From a virus: a DNA stretch of 64,000 nucleotides. The position numbers and the translations under genes were made by a program. Shown here piece after piece: positions 55,219 to 64,000 of this stretch. The notes below the pieces were generated by a model. It was not told the DNA's origin, did not search any database, and worked only from the letters and a program-made list of their open reading frames with translations. The stretch is taken from positions 64,001 through 128,000 of the IMG/VR virus record IMGVR_UViG_3300031841_003468, one strand, 5' to 3'. Position 1 is the stretch's first letter. The number at the start of each line of letters is the position of its first letter.

Positions 55219-58200
55219 ATGTCGTTTAACCTAACCGCACACCTACAGGTTCAGGCTCCTAATCTTAGACCTGTCATTACTCAAATGCGTCAGCAGCTAG
55301 CTAATGCAGGTAATGTACAAATTAATCCAGTTTCTCCTCAAACTGCAGCCAACGTCGCTCAGGTTGGTAAGCAAGCACAAGCCGCAGGAAAGCACCTAAA
55401 AAATGCTGCTCATGCAGGCAGGGGCTTTGCCGGATCTTTAATGGAAAGTGTCAAGCGTGCTGCTGGTCTTAGTATTGCACTGGGTACAATTATTGCGTTG
55501 CAAAGAGCCATTACAGACGGTTTTGCTGCAGCATTTAAGTTTGAAAGAGAACTAGCTAGATTACAACAGGTTACTGGCAAAACAAAGGCTCAGTTAGGTG
55601 GGTTAACCGAGGAAGTTCGTAGGCTAGCAAAAACCTTTGGTACATCTTCTGAAGAGTTACTAACGGTATCTAGAACATTAGCACAAGCAGGCTTCTCCGC
55701 TGAAACAACTAAAAGATTGCTAGACACATTAGCAAAGACTGATGTTGCAGCTACATTTGATAGCATTGAAGACTCTGCCGAAGGTATGATCGCATTACTA
55801 AATCAGTTTGGTAGAGATATTGTTGGTGCTGCACAAAAAGCAGATTTTGCAAGAAGTGTATTTGAAAAGATTAATGTTGTATCTAAAAGTTTTGCTGTTG
55901 AATCTGCCGACTTAATTACAGTTATTAGACGTGCTGGTTCTGTATTCAAAGAAGCTGGTGGTAGTGTTGACGAACTATTAGCAGCCTTTACTTCTGTTCG
56001 TTCTGCTACCCGTGAATCTGCAGAAAGTATTGCAGTTGGTTTTAGAACCATTTTTACTCGTATCCAAAGAGTTGAAACTATTGATCAGCTTAGATCTCTT
56101 GGTATTGCCCTGCAGGATGCTGAAGGTAAGTTTATTGGGCCACTTCAGGCTGTTGAGAAACTTGCTCGTGCATTAGATACTCTTGACCCTAGAGACGCTA
56201 GATTTTCAGCTATTGTTGAAGAGCTTGGTGGTTTCCGTCAGGTTTCTAAGGTTATTCCATTAATTAAAAACTATGCTGTTACACAAGAAGCATTAAACCT
56301 TCAGAAAAAAGCTGATGCTAGTTTGACTAAAGATGCAGCTTATGCGACTGCAACATATGCACAAAGAATGCAACAGTTAAAAGAGACCTTTCTAGATCTC
56401 ATAAACAATATGGTGGGAAGCAAGGGCTTTAAAGATATAGCAGATGACGTTTTAACGCTAGCTAAATCATTAGCATCAGTCATTGAAAGAATGGGTAAAT
56501 TCTTGCCAATGCTTGCAGCATTAGGTACTGTTGGTGGTTTTAAATTATTAGGGGGTATGATTAAGGGCGGTAGAGGTTATGCCACTGGCGGTAAAGTACA
56601 TGCTTTCAATAGTGGCGGTTTTGTGCCGGGCACTGGAAACACAGATAGTGTCAATGCTGTTTTGACTCCGGGCGAATATGTTCTTAGAAAAAGTGCTGTT
56701 AAAAACTTACAGGCCAACGGTGTTGACCTTAATTCTATGAATAGATACTCTGGTGGTGGTAGAGTAGGCTATGCTGTATTAGGTAAAAAAAATAAGGCAA
56801 CATCATCTTCATATAGTTTGGGAAATCAGCTTCCAACTGAAAGCGGAGCAAGAAAAAACATAGCCTCAGCCGCAGCTAAGAAAAAGGTTTCTGAGGCACA
56901 AGCAAATAAAGCTTGGCAAAGAGCTGTCCCTAAAACCATGAAAAACTTTAGTATTACCTTTGCTGGCCCCAAGGGTAGTCCTACTATGTCGGAAGATTTT
57001 ACCGAAGCGGTAGAAAGTTCTTATCTTAATGCTATTAGTGCAGCGTCAAAGTCAGTTGGTGAACCATTTGGCTTAAAGGGCACAGATATTACAAAAGGCA
57101 ATAGAGCAAGAGTACTAAAAGGTCTTAACGATGCTACTATTGGTAACTTGTTTGAACAGACTTTAACAAATCTTAGTGGTAATAGATATGATAAGAACCC
57201 TAATCCTCGTGCAGCTTATGACCTACCAAAAGGTCTTGGAAATGCAGGTAAATTATTCCCAGAGCTAAAAGCATTTACACCTGTTGAAGCTAAAGCTACA
57301 ATGCAGGCTGCAGGTAAAAAGAATGACAGAATTAAAAAATGGGCCAACTATCTTGGTGAAAAAGTCTCTGCAAGAAAGATCGAAAGAGAAATTGACAGAG
57401 GAGCCAAGAAGAAATCGCAACAGGGCACACAGGTCGCAGCAGGTCGTAGTAAATTTACTACACATCAGGCTGGCACCTTTAAGATGCCGAAGATTACAAC
57501 ATCCTCAAGGGGCGGTCTGATCAGCAGGTTCTCTAGAGGTGGTCAAAACACAGATAGTGTACCCGCTAAAGTAATGCCGGGTGAGTTTATCATCAATAAG
57601 AAGTCTGCTTCTGCGATTGGCATGGCCAACCTAGAAAAGATGAACCAGTCTGGAAAACCTTTACACTTTGCTAAGGGTGGTGCGGTTCCGGGTGCTCAGA
57701 TTAAGAGATATTCCGGCGGTGGCGGCGTTGCAGGTAATTTCGGCACGTTAGCTCTTTTGGGGCTTCCTATAGCTATGTCGAGCATGACAAAAGCACTAGA
57801 AAAAGCAACTGAGGAAACCAAGGCATTTGTCAATGAGTTTATGGCATGGATTCCTATAATCGGTCTTGCTGCCTATATAACAAACAATCTTGTTGCCTCA
57901 TTCACCGCACTAGATGCTGCTGCTAAAAAACGTGCCGCTGAGGAAGCTGGCGGCGGGATGATCGCCGGAGGTGCCATTGGAGGGGCTATTACGGGTGCTG
58001 TAACAGGTGGCTTTATTGCTGCTGCACACGAAGCTGCTCGTGCTGCCGAAAGATTTACCAAACTTAATAATGCTGCTGATGCGGCCTCTAAAGGTGTTAA
58101 GGCATTTACTGAAGCACTAAGAACTGGTTCAGAAAGAGCACCAAATAGAGAAAGATATATAAATCAGGTTCAAAGAGCCGCAGCAGCCAGAGCTAAAACA

Positions 58201-61200
58201 ACAAGACAAGAGTATGTTGATGATAGAAGTTTTGGGGATATGGCATACCAAGTCGGTGGGGCCATTGTTGGTGCTATTGGTGGTGGTATTCAGGGTGCGG
58301 CAATGACTTCAGGTACTGGTGTTGGTGCTATTGGTGGTGCCACTGTTGGTGCTGGACTTGGTGCATATGGTGGATACACCGCTGCGAGTGCTGACATCCA
58401 AGAAGACAGAGCAAGTTATATTGATAGCATTGCTGGAGTAGATGGGCTAAGGTCTGATCTAGATTCAGCCGAAGCAGTTATAGCTAACAATATACGTCTT
58501 GCTGCTGCGGCAGAAGCATTCGGTGCAGCATTGTTTGACACAACAAAAGCACTTCAAAAATATGATGAAGTCCAAGAAAATAGAACAAGACAAGAAAAAG
58601 AGCTTGGCGGCACAGGGTTCACTAATGAACAAAAACTAAGTCAAGCCCAGTCAGACTTTGATAGCCTACAGCAAGCAAGACAAGGTAATAAAGCTGAAGT
58701 TGCTAGAGCACAACAAAGACTAGAACAAACACGTCTAGAAATGTATAGGCAAGCTGACTTACTAGATGAAGATGGAAATCTCGCTGCTAATGCTAGTGAT
58801 AAAGATCTAGATGAAGGAGCACAGGCTCAATTAAAAGAGCAGCAACAACTTCTGGATGACCTAAATTCCAACTACGATGCTTTAGATAAAAAACTTGCTG
58901 AAGCTAATATGAGAACACTTGAGTTTACTCAAGGGTTAGTGACAGAAGGTGTTAAGGCTGGTAAAGGCTTTAAAGAAATCTTCGATAGTAGCGACTATGA
59001 AGATGCACTAAAGAGATATGCACAACAGCTAAGAGACAGAGGCTTTGAAGAATCAGAAGTTCAGGCTTCCCTGCAAAGAGTAAGAAAAGGCCACCAAGAA
59101 CAATACAAAGAGTCTGTTAAGCTAAGAAATGAATCACTAAAACGCATAGCTATAGAGAAAAAATTTAGAGCCACAGTAGATAGTTCTATTAGAGCACTAA
59201 CTGGAATAGCTCAGGTTAATGTTATATTCAAAGAAATGGCCAACGCTGCAAAAGGTCTAGTTGGAGCACTTTCTGGAACTGGGTCGCTAATATCTGGAGG
59301 TGGTTTCTCAAAGGTATTATTAGATCAGTTTGGCAAATCTATTCAGACTGCTAATGTAGGCCAAATGTTACAAAACCTTCTCGGAAGAAGCTTCGGAGAA
59401 GGCGGTGCTTACTACATGGCTGGTGAGTTTAATAAGATCAATACTGCGATGGCTAGATTGCCTCAGGCACTAGAAAGACTTAAGGTTGCAGCTAAAGGTA
59501 TTACTGCAGAAGAATTTAAGGGCATGAAACCTCAAGAGATTGTTGATAAAATCTTGGGTGAAAGCGGTCTTACATCGGGTTCTATTGGTAAAGTATTATT
59601 TGATAGAATTAGAGAAACTATTAGTCAGGCTTATGTTGCTGGTGCCGATAGTCCAGACTTCTCAGCAGTACAAAATATGATTAAAGAGCTTGGTGAAAAT
59701 GCCAAGAAGTTTATTAGTGAAGTTGTTAATCTTCAGCAGGGCTACACTCAAGCTCACGGTGCTGTTGTTCAAGCTATTTATAAGGCTGGCGATGCAGTCC
59801 GCAACGCAACAGCTCAGGTTTTCTCTAATATAATTAAGAATAGAGATAGATTAGATGCTGCAAGAGGAACTGATCGTGGTCTTGGCAATAGAGTAAGAGA
59901 AAGAAGCCAAGCCTTTGCAGGAACTTATGGTACTACTAACATTAATTCTATCGTTGCTCGTGGTGCTGCGGCTAGACGTGGTTTAGCAAGCAATTATGCT
60001 CAGGGTGTTGGTGCAGGTGCAACCTTTGACTTTGATACAATTAGAAAGCTAAATACAGAAAACGCTGCATATCAAGCTGAAATAAGAAAAACAAAACAAG
60101 CACTTAAAGATTACAGCTCAGTATTAGATCAAAATGCAAACGATATTGTAAAATCTGTAGAAAAAGAAAAGGCTGCTAGAGCATCAATTCAATCTGCAAT
60201 TAAAGACTTTACTTTTGCAGACAATGAAGGTAGAAAACAAATCGCTCAGTCTTACACTGCATTAAATCAAGCATTAAGTGCTGGTAGCATTGAGGCTATT
60301 CCAGATTCAATGCGTGGTGCAGTTGGTTCGTTATTAGATCAGTTCAAAGATGTACAGATCGCTGGCGGCTTAACTGGAGATCAAATTTCCAAAGGCTTCC
60401 AAGTTCAAACCCTAGATAGACTAATTAAGTCTCAGGGTGGAGCAGGTGTAACACACGATCAGATTAAACAGATCTACGAATCTACTACTAAAGAAGATCA
60501 GCTAATTAAGGGTCTTGAAAACCTCGCTAAAGAACAGCAGCGAGTTGACATGCTGAACCTAGAGTTTGAAAGACAGAATATTGATATTCTAAAGCAGACT
60601 CTAACTCAGCTAAATACTCAGTTCTTAGGAAGCTTAAATGCTATATTTAATAACTACTTTGGTGACAACGCTGGTGTAGCTGGCGGTGGCCCACAGTTTA
60701 ACAATGCTGGTGGCAAGATCTTCTCCAGTATATTCCAGTCTCGTGGCAGTGACACTGTTCCTGCTATGTTGACTCCGGGCGAGTTTGTTATGAATACAAG
60801 GGCTGTAAAGAACATCGGCCTTGGTACACTACAAGCCATGAATAATGGTACTCAGTACTTTAATGAAGGTGGTGCTGTTCAGGTTGCTGACGGTAAAGGT
60901 TCTGCACTTAGCATGGCACGTTACATTGGTAACAATCCTAAGTTAATGCGTAGGTTTGGATATAAAGGTAAAGATGACCTGAAGACTCTAAAGGAATCTA
61001 ATAATGTTCTTGACATTCTACGTGCTGCAGATGATCCTATAAATGGCCCAATCGGAACATTATACAGATCATTAAACATCATGAAAAAGTTTAGTGACGC
61101 TGGACTATTTAAGACACTAAACGGTCGTGCTGTACAGTTTGACACAACATCTCCTAAATCATTATATAACAACTTCCTTAAGGAATGGGGAACAGTTGGT

Positions 61201-61809
61201 GGAAACTATAATGCAATCGGCATTATTGGAAGCATATTACCACAGGCTTTATTAGCATTTGATGCTGTCTCTGGTGCTGTACAAGACTTTATGGCTGGTG
61301 GGCCGGGTGGCTATAATATGCGTCATGGCGATGAAAAATACATGAAAAAACTTAAGGCTCAATACAGAAATCGTGGTGGTATGATTAATCGTGCTGACAC
61401 AGTTCCTGCGATGCTGTCTAAGGGCGAATTTGTAATGAGCAAAAGTGCTGTTAACAAGCATGGTGGAAACTTCTTAAATGCCTTAAACAATGGCAAGGTT
61501 TCTGGCTTTTATGACGGTGGAAACGTTGGTAGTGTTGCAAGAAGTGGCACTGGTGGATATAATAGTGGTGGAGGACTAGATGCATCTGGCTTAGCTAGAG
61601 AATTTGATAATTTAGGCCAAAAACTACAGGGTGTAGCGGATGCACTTGATGGACTAACTATTAAGCACACTGTGACAATGGATGGTTCAATGACTATTGG
61701 TGGATTTGACAGCAAGACTATTGCCAAGGCAGTAAAGAATGAAGTTGAAGACCTAGTAGTTAAAGAAGTAAAAGAACGAATGGGCAAACGAGGCTTTAGG
61801 GCTGGGTAA
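55219..61809 (+). CDS. tail tape measure protein (TP901-type core)
   Basis: FERELARLQQVTG, LAQAG, TRESAESIAVGFRTIFTRI; 2196 aa, Ala/Gly-rich helical. Confidence 0.92.
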   Translation: MSFNLTAHLQVQAPNLRPVITQMRQQLANAGNVQINPVSPQTAANVAQVGKQAQAAGKHLKNAAHAGRGFAGSLMESVKRAAGLSIALGTIIALQRAITDGFAAAFKFERELARLQQVTGKTKAQLGGLTEEVRRLAKTFGTSSEELLTVSRTLAQAGFSAETTKRLLDTLAKTDVAATFDSIEDSAEGMIALLNQFGRDIVGAAQKADFARSVFEKINVVSKSFAVESADLITVIRRAGSVFKEAGGSVDELLAAFTSVRSATRESAESIAVGFRTIFTRIQRVETIDQLRSLGIALQDAEGKFIGPLQAVEKLARALDTLDPRDARFSAIVEELGGFRQVSKVIPLIKNYAVTQEALNLQKKADASLTKDAAYATATYAQRMQQLKETFLDLINNMVGSKGFKDIADDVLTLAKSLASVIERMGKFLPMLAALGTVGGFKLLGGMIKGGRGYATGGKVHAFNSGGFVPGTGNTDSVNAVLTPGEYVLRKSAVKNLQANGVDLNSMNRYSGGGRVGYAVLGKKNKATSSSYSLGNQLPTESGARKNIASAAAKKKVSEAQANKAWQRAVPKTMKNFSITFAGPKGSPTMSEDFTEAVESSYLNAISAASKSVGEPFGLKGTDITKGNRARVLKGLNDATIGNLFEQTLTNLSGNRYDKNPNPRAAYDLPKGLGNAGKLFPELKAFTPVEAKATMQAAGKKNDRIKKWANYLGEKVSARKIEREIDRGAKKKSQQGTQVAAGRSKFTTHQAGTFKMPKITTSSRGGLISRFSRGGQNTDSVPAKVMPGEFIINKKSASAIGMANLEKMNQSGKPLHFAKGGAVPGAQIKRYSGGGGVAGNFGTLALLGLPIAMSSMTKALEKATEETKAFVNEFMAWIPIIGLAAYITNNLVASFTALDAAAKKRAAEEAGGGMIAGGAIGGAITGAVTGGFIAAAHEAARAAERFTKLNNAADAASKGVKAFTEALRTGSERAPNRERYINQVQRAAAARAKTTRQEYVDDRSFGDMAYQVGGAIVGAIGGGIQGAAMTSGTGVGAIGGATVGAGLGAYGGYTAASADIQEDRASYIDSIAGVDGLRSDLDSAEAVIANNIRLAAAAEAFGAALFDTTKALQKYDEVQENRTRQEKELGGTGFTNEQKLSQAQSDFDSLQQARQGNKAEVARAQQRLEQTRLEMYRQADLLDEDGNLAANASDKDLDEGAQAQLKEQQQLLDDLNSNYDALDKKLAEANMRTLEFTQGLVTEGVKAGKGFKEIFDSSDYEDALKRYAQQLRDRGFEESEVQASLQRVRKGHQEQYKESVKLRNESLKRIAIEKKFRATVDSSIRALTGIAQVNVIFKEMANAAKGLVGALSGTGSLISGGGFSKVLLDQFGKSIQTANVGQMLQNLLGRSFGEGGAYYMAGEFNKINTAMARLPQALERLKVAAKGITAEEFKGMKPQEIVDKILGESGLTSGSIGKVLFDRIRETISQAYVAGADSPDFSAVQNMIKELGENAKKFISEVVNLQQGYTQAHGAVVQAIYKAGDAVRNATAQVFSNIIKNRDRLDAARGTDRGLGNRVRERSQAFAGTYGTTNINSIVARGAAARRGLASNYAQGVGAGATFDFDTIRKLNTENAAYQAEIRKTKQALKDYSSVLDQNANDIVKSVEKEKAARASIQSAIKDFTFADNEGRKQIAQSYTALNQALSAGSIEAIPDSMRGAVGSLLDQFKDVQIAGGLTGDQISKGFQVQTLDRLIKSQGGAGVTHDQIKQIYESTTKEDQLIKGLENLAKEQQRVDMLNLEFERQNIDILKQTLTQLNTQFLGSLNAIFNNYFGDNAGVAGGGPQFNNAGGKIFSSIFQSRGSDTVPAMLTPGEFVMNTRAVKNIGLGTLQAMNNGTQYFNEGGAVQVADGKGSALSMARYIGNNPKLMRRFGYKGKDDLKTLKESNNVLDILRAADDPINGPIGTLYRSLNIMKKFSDAGLFKTLNGRAVQFDTTSPKSLYNNFLKEWGTVGGNYNAIGIIGSILPQALLAFDAVSGAVQDFMAGGPGGYNMRHGDEKYMKKLKAQYRNRGGMINRADTVPAMLSKGEFVMSKSAVNKHGGNFLNALNNGKVSGFYDGGNVGSVARSGTGGYNSGGGLDASGLAREFDNLGQKLQGVADALDGLTIKHTVTMDGSMTIGGFDSKTIAKAVKNEVEDLVVKEVKERMGKRGFRAG

Positions 61810-61840
61810 GAGAGTAAAAGAGTTTTTGGACTAAGGAAAT

Positions 61841-64000
61841 ATGGCAAACTCAAACGAAAATTTAACTTTGACAATCGGTGACTTAATCACTGATTCTAAC
61901 CTTAATCTTGGCTTAAAAGCACAAGACGTTGGTATTTCGCATTTTACGAACTTCAACAAAATGCTTTCTGGTAAGCACGAGAATAAGCTTAGTGACTATC
62001 TGCATATTGTAGATAAAGCCCCAAATACTTATGCAGGTAATCCTGTACTTAATAACGACAATCTTCCTATGTCCTCAGTGGCAGTTGATGACCTGCTATT
62101 TATTGGTTCTCCTCACGCCTCCTCTATTGAATCATTTTCACAGACTAAAACAACCAATCTTTTCATCCCGTCTGTAGCTGCAGAAGTAACATATAATACT
62201 GATGGCGGCTCTGGTGCTGGCGGTGAAACCGTTACTGAAACTACTTACTGCTTTAACGGTGGGTTTTTAATTAATGATGTGCCAAACCCAACCCAGACTC
62301 AAAACACTTCAAATTCTAGAATTGGTGAAACTACCCTGTATTCACTGACTGGCATTAATGAATCTTATTACACTAGTCAGGCTACCAATGCTATTAGCCA
62401 AGAAGAGTTTGAAGAAAGTTTAGATCTCAATCATTCTTTTATTAAGGTTGGACTAAATGCTTCTACTACTGGTTTAGAATATAATTTATCTTTTGGTGGT
62501 TTTGTAGACTTTGCAGACTGGTGGACATATGTACCTAACTTTGATAATACAAAATGGTACATGATAAGAGTTCCAGAACTAGATCAAAATGGTTTTGCCT
62601 TAAATAAAACTAGGTATACAATAGGTCTAGGTATTAGTTTACATAATACTATTGAGGCTACAGTTGCTCACCCAACTACCGGACAACAGGTTCCAGTTTA
62701 TTTTTGGAAGCCCGGCACAACTCTTGGTGCTCTCGCAACAGATCACTTTAGTCCAAATACTCATATTGCACTTGGTGTTCCGGGAGTCTTTGTAGATCCA
62801 ACATCAACTACTGCACAAGAGTTCAGCTCTACTTTACCTGTAGGAGCACAAACTTATACACAGGGCCATTCAAACGCATTTATGTCAACAGACTTTGATG
62901 CCACCATTGAATTCTATAAATACAACCCTGTTTATGGTCACGGGAAAGTACATATTTTTAAGCGTAAAAATGGCGTAACATCCCCAAGAGCAGTTGCAAC
63001 ACAAGGCAATAAACTATTCAGCTCAAATCATAATCTATCTGATGGAGATATTATTAGAGTAGAGCAGGCTCTTTCTGCAGACGCAGACTCATTACAGCCC
63101 AGAGCATTCCTTAAGGATGAATATGAAGTAAAGGTAGATAATTCAGAAAGCTTTTGGCTTTACGACAAAGATACTTCTGAAATCGTAGACTTAAACATTA
63201 GAGAAGGTGACACTGTTATCTGGACTTGCACACAGGGTGCAAATGGTAGCTGGGAAGGTGCATACAAACATATTTATGAAATAAGCTCTCCTATGGGTAA
63301 AAACGGACATGGTTTTACTTGGGAAGATGCTAGCAGAACAGACAATAGCGGTTCCACTAATGACAAGCTCGTGTATGCCATTGAGCCTAACTCAACAAAT
63401 CTACCTCCAAAAGATAAGACTATAAGTAAGTCCAATTCCTATTCTGATGACTTTGTTGGATATAGTAGTCAAAATGACCTTGAGTGGCTAAAGCACAGAA
63501 ACTATCCTAATGTTGGATGTACTAGTCTAGCATTCGCATCTTTTGTCAATGGGCCAACCAGCTTCCTTCCATACAAGGCTGACGTAGCCGCAGGTAACAG
63601 GTTTGGCTTTGCTATTGATGCAATCAGAATACCAAGAGAAGAGTTTGTTGGACTAGATAGTTTAATCACTACCAATGACTATGAAGGCGTACACAAGTAT
63701 AGCACTAGCTATCCCGGAGATAGAACAGGACAAAAAGGTCAGTTTTATGCCTTGACTGTTACAGAACCGGGAATGCATAAGCACTATGCTTATAATGAAA
63801 ATCTAGCTGATCTATCTATGGGCTCTAAGTCTGAAGATGGAAAACTAAAGTTAGTACCAGATGTTCAACCAAACGGTAAGCTTTATACCTTTATGGTTAG
63901 AGTAAAGGAAGATGGCTCTGTAGAAATTAGCTACGGTGGAAGAAAAGAGGTTCCAACTCCCTATGCTCCTAGCTCATACAAAAATACCGCCGAAGGAAGT
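61841..64000 (+). CDS. tail-associated protein, truncated by window end
   Basis: AAGGA RBS, ATG 61841; reading frame appears open to the end (absent from ORF track because it has no stop). Confidence 0.7.
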   Translation, partial: MANSNENLTLTIGDLITDSNLNLGLKAQDVGISHFTNFNKMLSGKHENKLSDYLHIVDKAPNTYAGNPVLNNDNLPMSSVAVDDLLFIGSPHASSIESFSQTKTTNLFIPSVAAEVTYNTDGGSGAGGETVTETTYCFNGGFLINDVPNPTQTQNTSNSRIGETTLYSLTGINESYYTSQATNAISQEEFEESLDLNHSFIKVGLNASTTGLEYNLSFGGFVDFADWWTYVPNFDNTKWYMIRVPELDQNGFALNKTRYTIGLGISLHNTIEATVAHPTTGQQVPVYFWKPGTTLGALATDHFSPNTHIALGVPGVFVDPTSTTAQEFSSTLPVGAQTYTQGHSNAFMSTDFDATIEFYKYNPVYGHGKVHIFKRKNGVTSPRAVATQGNKLFSSNHNLSDGDIIRVEQALSADADSLQPRAFLKDEYEVKVDNSESFWLYDKDTSEIVDLNIREGDTVIWTCTQGANGSWEGAYKHIYEISSPMGKNGHGFTWEDASRTDNSGSTNDKLVYAIEPNSTNLPPKDKTISKSNSYSDDFVGYSSQNDLEWLKHRNYPNVGCTSLAFASFVNGPTSFLPYKADVAAGNRFGFAIDAIRIPREEFVGLDSLITTNDYEGVHKYSTSYPGDRTGQKGQFYALTVTEPGMHKHYAYNENLADLSMGSKSEDGKLKLVPDVQPNGKLYTFMVRVKEDGSVEISYGGRKEVPTPYAPSSYKNTAEGS

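Noticed and set aside
463-61874. many antisense ORFs in the track (e.g. 2123..2386, 8092..8541, 32220..32663, 61509..61874)
   Set aside because: shadow frames of well-supported genes; no RBS or motifs
1-64000. tRNA, rRNA, CRISPR array, integrase, reverse transcriptase/DGR, stop-codon recoding
   Set aside because: none recognised by eye; long genes are intact under the standard code (tRNAscan-SE not run)

Overview
A 64-kb segment of a large tailed dsDNA phage, probably a siphovirus (long tape measure, tail tube, no sheath gene seen). The host is probably a planctomycete, judging from a Planctomycetes-type N-terminal motif plus dockerin-like repeats in 1870..2754. Region ~1-22.7 kb is an early/accessory region of mostly minus-strand small ORFs. 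It carries about 25 sigma70-like promoters with a shared GCCGAT/GTCGAT spacer motif. Genes there include a cupin mannose-6-P isomerase, a SASA esterase, a SET-domain protein, a Tat-exported matrixin, DUF932, GP88-like, HNH and exostosin-like proteins. Region ~22.8-64 kb is a plus-strand late region: phage sigma factor, gmd, HNH, ERCC4 nuclease, ClpP, terminase, portal, protease/scaffold, capsid, a 14-kb fibre block, neck, tail tube, chaperones, tape measure and a truncated tail gene. Its units are preceded by a TGTGTA motif. The most striking unexplained signal is a 52-bp nested-palindrome element (C6-N4-G6 / 20-bp CCGG-centred dyad / C6-N4-G6). It occurs nine times at ~1.7-kb intervals from 7.3 to 20.7 kb, mostly 33-34 or 43-44 bp upstream of an early promoter. 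Other notable signals are several candidate structured ncRNAs (best: 5660-5832), a 3x57-bp tandem repeat and seven tandem single-TM micropeptides. All protein calls come from motif recognition by eye; no searches were run.
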